Origin: a virus
Reading direction: 5' to 3' (one strand)
IMG/VR virus record: IMGVR_UViG_3300025121_000776
Location: 64,001-128,000 of that record
Length of the DNA: 64,000 nt
Every line of letters begins with the position of its first letter. The first letter of the stretch is position 1. Positions 49,250-58,718 of the stretch are shown piece after piece. The position numbers were made by a program, and so were the translations under genes. The notes under the pieces were generated by a model that saw only the letters and a program-made list of their open reading frames with translations, was not told the origin of the DNA and made no database searches.

Positions 49250-49717
49250 ATGGGAAAGTATAAAATAAAAATCAATTACAAGACTGGAAATAGTTTTGAA
49301 AGTCACAACGAATCAGATGTGCTAGAAATTGATTGGGATAATTTTGATGTTGCTAAAGAAAATTTAAAAGCAATAAAAGACCATTATATTAATGTTTATA
49401 AAGAAATAGAAGGTTCGTATTCTGCACAAAAAGACAATCAAAGTGTTTGCAAACAATATCAAAATGAATGGTGGTTTGTAAAAGTTTTAAAACCTTACTG
49501 TATTAGCAAAGATGATGCAATTTCAGAAAATCAAAAAGAAAAATATAAAAACGATTGGGAAAATAGATTTGATACGAGCATTGCCTCACGTTGCATGAAG
49601 CTAAAAACCGATGATGGTTCATTAATGCAAATGCAATGCTTTTGGTGTGGCTATTTTGAGACCTTGCATGGTGCAAAAATTGAAGTGGATGAATCTGATA
49701 CAGAATTTGAGTTGTAA
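49250..49717 (+). CDS. hypothetical protein
   Basis: ORF after CGTATAAT. Confidence 0.75.
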   Translation: MGKYKIKINYKTGNSFESHNESDVLEIDWDNFDVAKENLKAIKDHYINVYKEIEGSYSAQKDNQSVCKQYQNEWWFVKVLKPYCISKDDAISENQKEKYKNDWENRFDTSIASRCMKLKTDDGSLMQMQCFWCGYFETLHGAKIEVDESDTEFEL

Positions 49718-49747
49718 CAAGAGACTTTTATATGAAAAACGCAATAA

Positions 49748-49757
49748 TTCGTATAAT
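49748..49757 (+). promoter_or_regulatory. TTCGTATA early/middle promoter motif (representative copy)
   Basis: Also at 34834, 39091, 42868, 54188 and 60589, upstream of the metabolic operons. Confidence 0.6.
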
Positions 49758-49769
49758 AACAAAATCTTT

Positions 49770-50867
49770 ATGAAAACTATTCTAATGGCTATCTCTGGCG
49801 GTATTTCCGCCTATAAAGCTGCTGATGTAATTAGTGGGCTTAAAAAAAATGGATTTGAGGTTCATGTTATTACAACAAAAAACGCTTTGAATTTTATTGC
49901 CCCCACAGTTATAGGTGCCGTCTCTGGCGGTCATTATGTAACTGATGAAGATGTAAATAAAATCAATCATATTAACGAAGCTCAAAATTGTGATGCATTC
50001 ATCTGCGTTCCAGCGACAGCAAATATCATTGCGAAATTTGCACATGGAATAGCAGATGATTTTGTTTCATCTACTTTCATAGCAATTCCAAGAGGGGTTC
50101 CGAAAATTATATGCCCAGCAATGAACACAGTAATGTTTGAAAGCGAAGCTTGTCTCATGAATTTAAAAACATTGCAAGAGAGGGGGTGTCATATTATTGA
50201 ACCTGTTAGCGGAGAACTTGCTTGCGGTGTTGTTGGAATTGGAAAGCTTCCAAAACCAAGAGATATCGTAAAAGAGGTTATTGAACTTTTTGACACAAGC
50301 AAGCCGTGGTTGTGGCCGCTTCACAAAATGACCCCAACAAAAACTACAGAAGATTCAAATTCATTTTTAAGAATAAGCTTGGAAAGAGAAGTTGAGATTC
50401 CTATAAAATATCACTTTGGTGCTTTTGGAGCCATGAGAAGATTTGACAGACATAGGGGAGTAGATTTATATGCTCCAGTTGGTACTCCTGTGTTTGCTGT
50501 ACAAAAGGGCATAGTTAGAGATATTCGTCCATGGACTGGAACAAATGCTGATTGTGATTGGTGGAATGACACCGATGCAATTTCTGTTGAAGGAGAAGAC
50601 GGACTCGTTGTTTATGGTGAATTGGAAGTAAATTCTGAACTAAAGATTGGAGATGAAGTTAAAGCTGGAGACTTATTGGGACTTGTTTTACGAGTTCTAA
50701 AAAAAGATAAAGGAAGACCAACTAGTATGCTTCATTTGGAACTAAGAAAACCAGGGTTTTACAGAAATATAGATAAAGAATGGAGTCAAGATTTACCAGA
50801 AGGTTTACTTGACCCAACTCCATTCCTTATAAGGGCAATGAAACAACATCATCAATTTAAAAAATAA
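49770..50867 (+). CDS. coaC: phosphopantothenoylcysteine decarboxylase-like flavoprotein (CoaC/HFCD) fused to an M23-like domain
   Basis: ISGGISAYK, HINEA, PATANIIAK, PAMNTVM, GELACG..GIGKL; then HRGVDLYAPVGTPV...LHLELR; ATG 49770 follows TTCGTATAAT. Confidence 0.85.
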   Translation: MKTILMAISGGISAYKAADVISGLKKNGFEVHVITTKNALNFIAPTVIGAVSGGHYVTDEDVNKINHINEAQNCDAFICVPATANIIAKFAHGIADDFVSSTFIAIPRGVPKIICPAMNTVMFESEACLMNLKTLQERGCHIIEPVSGELACGVVGIGKLPKPRDIVKEVIELFDTSKPWLWPLHKMTPTKTTEDSNSFLRISLEREVEIPIKYHFGAFGAMRRFDRHRGVDLYAPVGTPVFAVQKGIVRDIRPWTGTNADCDWWNDTDAISVEGEDGLVVYGELEVNSELKIGDEVKAGDLLGLVLRVLKKDKGRPTSMLHLELRKPGFYRNIDKEWSQDLPEGLLDPTPFLIRAMKQHHQFKK

Positions 50868-50871
50868 GTAT

Positions 50872-51333
50872 ATGAATAATTTTTTTAAAGCGTTATTCGA
50901 GTTATTTAAAACTCTATACTCAGAGTCGATGGGATTTAGAGAACACCACCTATATCTTAAAAAAGAAATCAAAAACATAATTCAAACCATTAACAAAGAA
51001 AATGGATTTGATGAAGATGAAAATTCTTTGGCCAACAAAAAAAAGTTTTATGTTTTAATGGTTATTTCTTATGTTTTCACTATAATAAGAAATTGTTTAC
51101 TTGTTGTTATTATAGGATTAATTATGGTTTTAGTGCAGTATATAAGTGGAGGAAGCACAATGACAGAAAGAGGAATAGAAATAATTGGAGTTGATAAGTT
51201 TTTTATTCTTTGGTTGATTTTTAGTATTTTAACTATGGTTTTATACTATATTTTAAAAATATCAATTAACATAATTGTAGAATTAATCCGATTTGTAATT
51301 AAATACATATATTCAAATGGAAAACATCTATAA
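50872..51333 (+). CDS. membrane protein
   Basis: Hydrophobic segments. Confidence 0.7.
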   Translation: MNNFFKALFELFKTLYSESMGFREHHLYLKKEIKNIIQTINKENGFDEDENSLANKKKFYVLMVISYVFTIIRNCLLVVIIGLIMVLVQYISGGSTMTERGIEIIGVDKFFILWLIFSILTMVLYYILKISINIIVELIRFVIKYIYSNGKHL

Positions 51334-51592
51334 TGGCTCTATAATAACACAAGAGCAAAAAGAAAAGCGGGGATTTTTATATATCGAACAGCTTGTTTTT
51401 AATGAAGGAGGGAAAAACATTCCCCGAACTATATACGAAAGAATAGATAAAGATATTGTAGAAAGAATAGAAACCGATATAAAATGCTTTCACGGAATTC
51501 CAACAGACTCAAAACTAGTATTTAAAGATTATAAACATTTTAGCAAAGCATTAAAAGAATTAGGAACTAAATTAAAAAATTATACAAAATAA
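51317..51592 (+). CDS. hypothetical protein
   Basis: ORF. Confidence 0.65.
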   Translation: MENIYNGSIITQEQKEKRGFLYIEQLVFNEGGKNIPRTIYERIDKDIVERIETDIKCFHGIPTDSKLVFKDYKHFSKALKELGTKLKNYTK

Positions 51593-52326
51593 TGGGCGGT
51601 ACAATTGGTGTTATAATCAGAGAAGAAGATGGTAAGATTCATAAAATGGCAAGATGGACAAATTCATTGCCAGGATTTACAGAAAGTATTCATTTTATTA
51701 ATAAAGAGCCAAATCATTTAAAAAATTATCTCAAAGTTTTTTATGAAATGGAATTGGATTATAAAAAAAACAAAAAAACCAAGAAGTTTAAGCATAATAT
51801 GACTGATGTGTATATTCCTTACAGCGGTCACATTGCTCCTCTTGATTATGGATTAGTGGTTATAGATTATCAAACAAATAATGTACTTCACTGTCAAGGA
51901 TATTCTTCTTTAAATGTTGTTTTATCAAGCGAAATTGAATATTTATATCGCCAAGACAAACATACACAGGAATCAGTTCAAGAATTAGTTGATGCGAGAA
52001 AAATAAAATGTTTATTGGTATTTGATAAAGATGAAAATGTTAAAGAGCTACAAGAAATTCCAGTAGAATATAAAACAATAAAAGATAAAACTGATGTTGA
52101 AAGATTAACTATTGTTTTAAATGAAAAAATTAACGAAGAAGACTACCACTTCAACAATGGTTATAAAATTGATATGTCGCCATGGACATTTACAAGATTT
52201 AAAGAAAGTAAAGAAGGTTTTATTGAGCTTAAAGAAGAAATAAAAAAACTTGGTCTCAAAATCACAAAAGAAGATGAAAAAATTTGGAAAGAGTATATTA
52301 ACTGTCGTTTTATAGAGGAGAAATAA
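51592..52326 (+). CDS. hypothetical protein
   Basis: ORF. Confidence 0.75.
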   Translation: MGGTIGVIIREEDGKIHKMARWTNSLPGFTESIHFINKEPNHLKNYLKVFYEMELDYKKNKKTKKFKHNMTDVYIPYSGHIAPLDYGLVVIDYQTNNVLHCQGYSSLNVVLSSEIEYLYRQDKHTQESVQELVDARKIKCLLVFDKDENVKELQEIPVEYKTIKDKTDVERLTIVLNEKINEEDYHFNNGYKIDMSPWTFTRFKESKEGFIELKEEIKKLGLKITKEDEKIWKEYINCRFIEEK

Positions 52327-52328
52327 TT

Positions 52329-52988
52329 ATGAAAGTTTTAATTACCAGCGGGGGAACACGTGAATATATTGACGATGTTAGAGTTTTAACAAACATAAGT
52401 ACGGGAAAGTTGGGTGCAACAATTGCAAATACATTTTTTGCAAATGCTTATCATAACAAAATAGAAAAGGTTTATTATATTTGTAGTAAAGGTTCATTTC
52501 CTGCAATTAAAGATGGAGATAAATTTATTGAAACAATTTATGCTGACAGCGTTCAAGAAGTTTATGATGTAATGGAAAAAATGGTTCCCCAGGTTGATGT
52601 GGTTATTCATGCAATGGCCTTAAGTGACTTTGGGTTTAAACCATCACATACAAAGTTAAAAAGTAATGACCCTCAAGCCTTCATAGATTCGCTCAGAGAC
52701 CGAATTATTATTAATCCAAAGGTTATCTCATTTATTAAAAAATGGAACCCCACAGTTAAACTAATAAGCTTTAAATTTGAAGTTGGCAAAACCAAAGAAG
52801 AGTTGATTGATATTGCTTATGAATCTTTAATTAAAAACGATGGAGATTTTGTTATAGCCAATGATAAAATAGAAATGAAAGAAAAGGGCAGTCATATAGC
52901 TTATATAATTAACAAAGATAAGAAAATTGTTGACTGTGATGGTAAGGATGATATAGCTAAACAATTGCTAAAAATATTATCTACTTAA
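52329..52988 (+). CDS. coaB: phosphopantothenate-cysteine ligase (stand-alone CoaB)
   Basis: ITSGGTREYIDDVRVLTNISTGKLG, AMALSDF, FKFE, VIAND. Confidence 0.88.
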   Translation: MKVLITSGGTREYIDDVRVLTNISTGKLGATIANTFFANAYHNKIEKVYYICSKGSFPAIKDGDKFIETIYADSVQEVYDVMEKMVPQVDVVIHAMALSDFGFKPSHTKLKSNDPQAFIDSLRDRIIINPKVISFIKKWNPTVKLISFKFEVGKTKEELIDIAYESLIKNDGDFVIANDKIEMKEKGSHIAYIINKDKKIVDCDGKDDIAKQLLKILST

Positions 52989-53041
52989 TTTGATTTTATC
53001 ATAATTCTTTTTTATATTTGCTCATATAAATAAAAATTATT

Positions 53042-54145
53042 ATGAGCTTTTCTTTTAAAGGTTTACTTATCAGTTGGGGTATAGTTAAAAAAACAAAAAC
53101 TGAGGCACCAGCTTCTATAAACACAGAATCAACTTACGAAAGATTCTATGGTAATAAAAATGAAACATCTCCACAAGTTGCTCAATTTGATGAACTTGAC
53201 AATATGGAAACTTTAAGTACAAAAAGCATTGATGCTGTAACAGAATTAAACAAAATTCTTTATGAAGAAGTAGCTAAAATAAATCCCCCGATTTCACTTT
53301 CAGAATTACTGCTAAAATCTATCGAAGAAGAGAGTAAAAACACAGAAGAAATCCCAACTTCAGATTTTATATCAAACGATTCAGATAAATCATTTGTTTT
53401 ATATGACCCAGAAAAGTCAATAAAAGAAAATCTTCAAATTAGACCTAATTCACGCCCACATGCAGAGTCTCATTCGCCAAAACCGTCTATTTCTCTGCCA
53501 ACTTACGTACACAAGACGAAGTATGATTATAATAAACCAATGGTTATTAAAGTAACCAACATAAAAAACCCACAGGATACTCAAATTTTTATTAGTGCAA
53601 AACAGTTTTGTGAGCATTTCGGAACAAAACAAAAGAAGTTATATATTTGCTTAAATTCTAAAGACAAAATATTAAACGGAAATTGTAAATTAGAAATTAT
53701 TCCATTTATGGAATCATCTAAAAAAACTAATTTTAGTGTTTCTGACATTGAATCTGTTAAAGTAAAAAAAGTGTCAAGCAAAAATATTGCTTTTGACATA
53801 AAAATTAAACCAAAAACAGGAATTCAATTTATTGATTTGGATTTTACTGTATTGCCAACAGGAATGGAGTTTAATGATAAAAAAAATGGTTCATGCCCAA
53901 TAATAACAAAAAATCCTTTCACTGATAAAAAAAGAAAATTTGTTAGCATTGCAGAAAAAAACCCAGAACTTGTTGCAGAATGGGATGTACTTAGAAATGG
54001 AGTTGCTGCAAGCGAAGTTCCTTGTTCTATAAAAAAGGAAGCATACTGGCTATGTCAAAAATGTGGTACCAGTTATAAACGAAGAGTTGATAATAGGGTC
54101 AGACGACCAGAGCTTGGATGTACAAAGTGTTTTAATAAAACATAA
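53042..54145 (+). CDS. hypothetical protein with a C-terminal Zn-ribbon (DUF4379-like)
   Basis: SIAEKNPELVAEWD...WLCQKC...GCTKC; promoter TTTG-N20-TATATTTG at 52989-53020. Confidence 0.7.
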   Translation: MSFSFKGLLISWGIVKKTKTEAPASINTESTYERFYGNKNETSPQVAQFDELDNMETLSTKSIDAVTELNKILYEEVAKINPPISLSELLLKSIEEESKNTEEIPTSDFISNDSDKSFVLYDPEKSIKENLQIRPNSRPHAESHSPKPSISLPTYVHKTKYDYNKPMVIKVTNIKNPQDTQIFISAKQFCEHFGTKQKKLYICLNSKDKILNGNCKLEIIPFMESSKKTNFSVSDIESVKVKKVSSKNIAFDIKIKPKTGIQFIDLDFTVLPTGMEFNDKKNGSCPIITKNPFTDKKRKFVSIAEKNPELVAEWDVLRNGVAASEVPCSIKKEAYWLCQKCGTSYKRRVDNRVRRPELGCTKCFNKT

Positions 54146-54231
54146 ACCCAATATTTTTTAAAAATAGTGTAACATTTTTATTTTTTTTTCGTATACACAA
54201 GTGAAAATACATTAAATTAAAATTTGTTTAT

Positions 54232-55041
54232 ATGAAAAAAAATGCATTATTAATTATTGACGGACAGAACGACTTTTGTAGCCCTTCGGGTGCTCTCTTC
54301 GTTCCTGGAGCAGACCATGATATGGAGCGTCTAGCTAATTTTATTAAAAGAAATCAAACAAAAATTGGTTATATTGGTTTGACCCAAGATAGCCATATGG
54401 TTCTTGATATTAGTCATCCCCCATTTTGGCAGGATAAAGACGGAAATTCTCCAAATCCATTTACTATTATTACAGCTCAAAACGTAAAAGATGGAACGTG
54501 GACTCCAAAATTTTATCCACTGGCCGCTCTTAAATATTTAGAAGACCTTGAAGCTCAAGGGGAATTTCCACATTGTATATGGCCAATTCATTGTGTTGAT
54601 GGCAGTGAAGGTGCAGCTATTTTTCCAGTTCTTATGAACTCTGTAAAAGAATGGTCAGCTTCTCAGTGTTTATTTCACAAAATTGTTAAAAAGGGAGTTC
54701 ATCCTTTAACCGAGCACTTCGGCGTGTTTCAAGCAAACATTCCAATTCCAGGCGAGGACGGAACACAATTCAACGACAGGTTAGCAAAAATTCTTAATGA
54801 ATATGATACTGTGTATTTCGCAGGAGAAGCTAAAACTCACTGTACCGCTACTTCTTTAAAACAAGCAATGAAGTTTGATAAAAACCTTGCTAAAAAATTC
54901 GTTATCCTTGAAGATTGTATGTCTCCTGTTCCAGGAGAAGCTGCACCAGGACTTACCTTTGAAAAATTGGCTCAGCCAATCTATGATGATGCTAAAGCTC
55001 TTGGCATTCAATTTGTAAAAAGCACAGATGTTACACTATAA
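54232..55041 (+). CDS. pncA: nicotinamidase / isochorismatase family hydrolase
   Basis: IIDGQNDF, QDSH, WPIHC, KG, AGEAKTHC. Confidence 0.8.
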   Translation: MKKNALLIIDGQNDFCSPSGALFVPGADHDMERLANFIKRNQTKIGYIGLTQDSHMVLDISHPPFWQDKDGNSPNPFTIITAQNVKDGTWTPKFYPLAALKYLEDLEAQGEFPHCIWPIHCVDGSEGAAIFPVLMNSVKEWSASQCLFHKIVKKGVHPLTEHFGVFQANIPIPGEDGTQFNDRLAKILNEYDTVYFAGEAKTHCTATSLKQAMKFDKNLAKKFVILEDCMSPVPGEAAPGLTFEKLAQPIYDDAKALGIQFVKSTDVTL

Positions 55042-55052
55042 TTTTAAAAACA

Positions 55053-55766
55053 ATGGATAACAATAAAGTGAATTTCGATTTCGGTGGTGACGCCGACTTT
55101 AATCCCGAAAATATCGAGGTAGAAGAAACAATCAATGCAGTATTTGTAGTTGACCTGTCTGCCTCTATGGGCGAAGAAGTAACTCTTAAAGGCGGCACAA
55201 CCTCAACAAGATGCGATGAGCTTAATAAAGCTGTTAATGAATTTGTTGAGAATATGTCAAAAAGCCATGTTAAAGACCGTTTGTTAGTATCAACTATTGT
55301 TTTTGATGCAAAACCAGAAGTTCTTACAGGCTTCCAACCCGTAACAGAAATTGAAGAATTTAAACTTACTCCAAAACACGGTAATACCGCACTTTATGGA
55401 GCCGTAAGACTTGGTTTGGACAAAGCTATTGACTACAGAAACTCTCTGTTAAAAACAGGCGTAAAAGCAAAAACTATCCTTTTTGTTGTTACTGATGGTG
55501 AAAACAATGCTTCTCCACAAAGTGATGCAGAATATGTGAAAGTTAAGTTACAGGAACTAAACAAAGAAGAACAGAATATTATGACATTCTCTTCAGTTCT
55601 TTTGGGAATTGGCGAACAGGCTAATTTTAAACAAGCATTTGATGATTTAGGCTTACATGCCCTAGCTGAACTTGGTGATGATATCAGAAAAGCTGTATCT
55701 ATTATCAGTAGCTCAGTATCAAGTGTTTCAAACGGGCAAAACATTTCTCAGAAATTAAATTTCTAA
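55053..55766 (+). CDS. TerY-like vWA domain protein
   Basis: MIDAS DLSAS, T in NTALYG, VTDG. Confidence 0.85.
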   Translation: MDNNKVNFDFGGDADFNPENIEVEETINAVFVVDLSASMGEEVTLKGGTTSTRCDELNKAVNEFVENMSKSHVKDRLLVSTIVFDAKPEVLTGFQPVTEIEEFKLTPKHGNTALYGAVRLGLDKAIDYRNSLLKTGVKAKTILFVVTDGENNASPQSDAEYVKVKLQELNKEEQNIMTFSSVLLGIGEQANFKQAFDDLGLHALAELGDDIRKAVSIISSSVSSVSNGQNISQKLNF

Positions 55767-55768
55767 AA

Positions 55769-56545
55769 ATGTTCGAAGTTAAAGCCAGAAAAGTAGTAAG
55801 GCGAGGGAGAGCTCATGACCAACGTTGTGAAGACGATTCCCTCGTCTTCTCTTATAATCAAATTTCAGTTATTGCAGTATTTGATGGATGCTCTGATGGA
55901 ACGGATTCTTATTTTGCATCTGGTTTATTTGCTAAAATATTAAAAAAAATAGCAATTGAGGAAGAAAATTTTTTTAAACAAATCAACGAAGAAACAAGTC
56001 TTGAAGATATAGTAAATGTAATAATGTGTTCCTTTTTTTATGAACTAAAGAAGGCAAAATATTATTTAAAGCTTGATGATTCAGAAATATTGTCAACAAT
56101 AGTTCTATCTGCCATTAATTTAAAAACAAAACAATCCTTTTCTATTATTATTGGAGATGGAAGTGTTTATGTTGACGGAGAAATTAATACAATACAACCA
56201 GAAAAAAACGCACCTCGATATATAGCTTATTTTCTTGGAAAAAAATATGAAGATTTTTGGAGTGATGATGTTAATAAATATAAAGCCAAAGTAAAAGATA
56301 CAATAGCTGTAATGAGTGATGGAATTGACTCATTTAGACATTATAGCGAAAACAGATATGTAAACGAAACTGAAAAGGCTGATATTATTCATCGTTTTTT
56401 TAAAAGCGGATATCTTCTTGACAATAAAGTTGGGCTTGCAAGAATTTGTAATATTCTTGACAGTGAACATTTTGCTCCAAGTGATGATTTATCTATTGCC
56501 CATATAACTTTCATAGAAATTCCAGAACAAGATGAAACTATATAA
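55769..56545 (+). CDS. PP2C-family phosphatase (TerY-P type)
   Basis: CEDD, FDGCS, GDG, MSDGI, SDDLS. Confidence 0.85.
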   Translation: MFEVKARKVVRRGRAHDQRCEDDSLVFSYNQISVIAVFDGCSDGTDSYFASGLFAKILKKIAIEEENFFKQINEETSLEDIVNVIMCSFFYELKKAKYYLKLDDSEILSTIVLSAINLKTKQSFSIIIGDGSVYVDGEINTIQPEKNAPRYIAYFLGKKYEDFWSDDVNKYKAKVKDTIAVMSDGIDSFRHYSENRYVNETEKADIIHRFFKSGYLLDNKVGLARICNILDSEHFAPSDDLSIAHITFIEIPEQDETI

Positions 56546-58208
56546 TAAAATAGGCACTCTGGTCAACGTTGATGAAAGCAAAGAGATTGCTAGGGGTGGA
56601 GAAGGAATGATTATAGATATGGGGCATGGAAAAGCCGCCAAAATTTATCATGATACCAAAAACGCATCTTTCACCGAATCAAAACTTCAACATTTATATG
56701 GACTTGATAGCTCTGTTTTTATAAGACCAGAAGAAATTCTTTTTTATAAAAACAAAAAAATAGCTGGATTCATTATGAATATGTTGCCTAAAAATTTCTT
56801 TCCTCTATATTCAGCCTTTAGTTATAATTTCTGTGCCACAAATGGATTGACAGATAAAATAAAATTACAAATAATTAAAACCATTATAAAAAGCATTAAT
56901 TCAGCTCACTCAAAAGATATTATTATTGGAGATTTTAACCCCTTTAATATAATGCTGGACGATAAAGGTACCACTTTCTTTATTGATACAGATTCATATC
57001 AAACTCCAGGGTCAGTGCATTCTGGCAAATTATTAGATGATATCAGAGACCATTTAAAACATGGCGTAATAAATAAAGAGAGTGACTACTATGCTCTTGC
57101 GGTAATAGTGTTTAATTTTCTAACTAATATACACCCCTTTAAAGGCTCACATTCAATTTATAAAAGCCTTCCAGAACGTGCAATTCAAAAAATTACAGTA
57201 TTTGATAATGACCCACACCTAATTGTTCCAAAGTGTTATCACCCTATCCAAGACAAATATTTAATGGAACAATTTAAGAGAATATTTAAAGATGGGGAAA
57301 GATTTGCAATTAGCCTTGATGCTACAACAGATATTATTCATGTAATTAATATCGACAAAGTTATTGAAAAAGAAGGAGAATTAACAATTACGCCAATGTT
57401 AAGAAATGTTGAAATAAGATATGTCAATTGCAGTAACAACCTTGCTTGTGTAGCACTTAAAGACGAAATTATTGTTTATAGCGTGAGAGATAGGGGCTTC
57501 TACAAAGAACTTGGCAGAATACCAAGAACAAGTAAAGATTTAGCTCCGCTTCCAACTGATAAAAACTTATTTGTATTTGAAGATAAAAAGTTCTACAAAT
57601 ACGACCTTGACACCTTTCAAAGAACTGAAATGGATGATATGGGTATTGAAAACATGGTTGTTGCAAAGCAATATGGAAATATATTTGTTGTAATTGAAGA
57701 AAATAAAATGTTTACGTTATATTTGGATGATTCTGTTGGAACACACATTAGATTTAAAACAAAAGAAGTGTTCGGAAACAGTTTTAAAAAGTATAATGGT
57801 ATGATGCAAAATTTTGGCCAGAACACTTACTTAAGAGTAAATAATAATGATAATCTCGATACAATTATCTATGATGATGTATTAAGTGATGTTTACCAAG
57901 ATGGAGATATGGGAATTGCCCAGACTGTAAAAAAAGGAAAAATAAATTTCGACCTATTCAAAATTAATGGCCTTAAACTTGAAAAACATTCTTACCCCCT
58001 TAATTCTATCAGACACTTCGGTTATAATCCTGGCAACTTCATTATTATGCCAGAGGATAATCAATTAATATTCCTTAATCACAGCACATTGGAACCAATT
58101 GCTAAGTTTAAGTGTAGCATTGCCGATGAATCAACACAGGTGTTTTATACAAGGGGAGGAATCTTATTGAACGATTCGAAGAATTTATATATGGTAAACA
58201 AAAAGTAG
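56532..58208 (+). CDS. Ser/Thr kinase-like protein (TerY-associated type)
   Basis: ARGGEG, AKIYH, IGDFNPFNI, IDTDSY. Confidence 0.85.
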   Translation: MKLYNKIGTLVNVDESKEIARGGEGMIIDMGHGKAAKIYHDTKNASFTESKLQHLYGLDSSVFIRPEEILFYKNKKIAGFIMNMLPKNFFPLYSAFSYNFCATNGLTDKIKLQIIKTIIKSINSAHSKDIIIGDFNPFNIMLDDKGTTFFIDTDSYQTPGSVHSGKLLDDIRDHLKHGVINKESDYYALAVIVFNFLTNIHPFKGSHSIYKSLPERAIQKITVFDNDPHLIVPKCYHPIQDKYLMEQFKRIFKDGERFAISLDATTDIIHVINIDKVIEKEGELTITPMLRNVEIRYVNCSNNLACVALKDEIIVYSVRDRGFYKELGRIPRTSKDLAPLPTDKNLFVFEDKKFYKYDLDTFQRTEMDDMGIENMVVAKQYGNIFVVIEENKMFTLYLDDSVGTHIRFKTKEVFGNSFKKYNGMMQNFGQNTYLRVNNNDNLDTIIYDDVLSDVYQDGDMGIAQTVKKGKINFDLFKINGLKLEKHSYPLNSIRHFGYNPGNFIIMPEDNQLIFLNHSTLEPIAKFKCSIADESTQVFYTRGGILLNDSKNLYMVNKK

Positions 58209-58209
58209 T

Positions 58210-58698
58210 ATGAAAGAACCTCAAAGCCCCTTACCATTCAAGCAAAACACTTGGGATATTATTGTTTACAATGAAAGTAAAAATGAATATGAATCTATTT
58301 TTGACCCACATGATAAAATGCTTGACAATCTTAAAGATTGTGCATACATTGTAGAGGCAAGTAACAATTACCCCAAAGCAGTAGAACTACTCAGACAAGT
58401 TCTCGCTGGAAAAAACGATACAACGATAATTGAATTGTTTTTAAAAGAAATAGATGCTATTGATGAATTTGGAGACCAAACTTTTACCTCTAATTTTAAT
58501 ATTAAATTAAAAGGGTCTGAATCAGCAAAACACTTTAAAAGTATTTTTCCAAGATTTTGTAAATCTCTTGATGTTGAATGCACAATCACAACAAAAAGAA
58601 GATTTTTGCCATGGAAACCAATTAGTGCAACATTAAGTATTTCGGGTGCCAGATTAAATGTAAAAAAAGCATCACTAGCAATCGAATGGTTATTATAA
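58210..58698 (+). CDS. hypothetical protein
   Basis: ORF. Confidence 0.7.
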   Translation: MKEPQSPLPFKQNTWDIIVYNESKNEYESIFDPHDKMLDNLKDCAYIVEASNNYPKAVELLRQVLAGKNDTTIIELFLKEIDAIDEFGDQTFTSNFNIKLKGSESAKHFKSIFPRFCKSLDVECTITTKRRFLPWKPISATLSISGARLNVKKASLAIEWLL

Positions 58699-58718
58699 AT
58701 TTAAAAAACTAAAAAACT

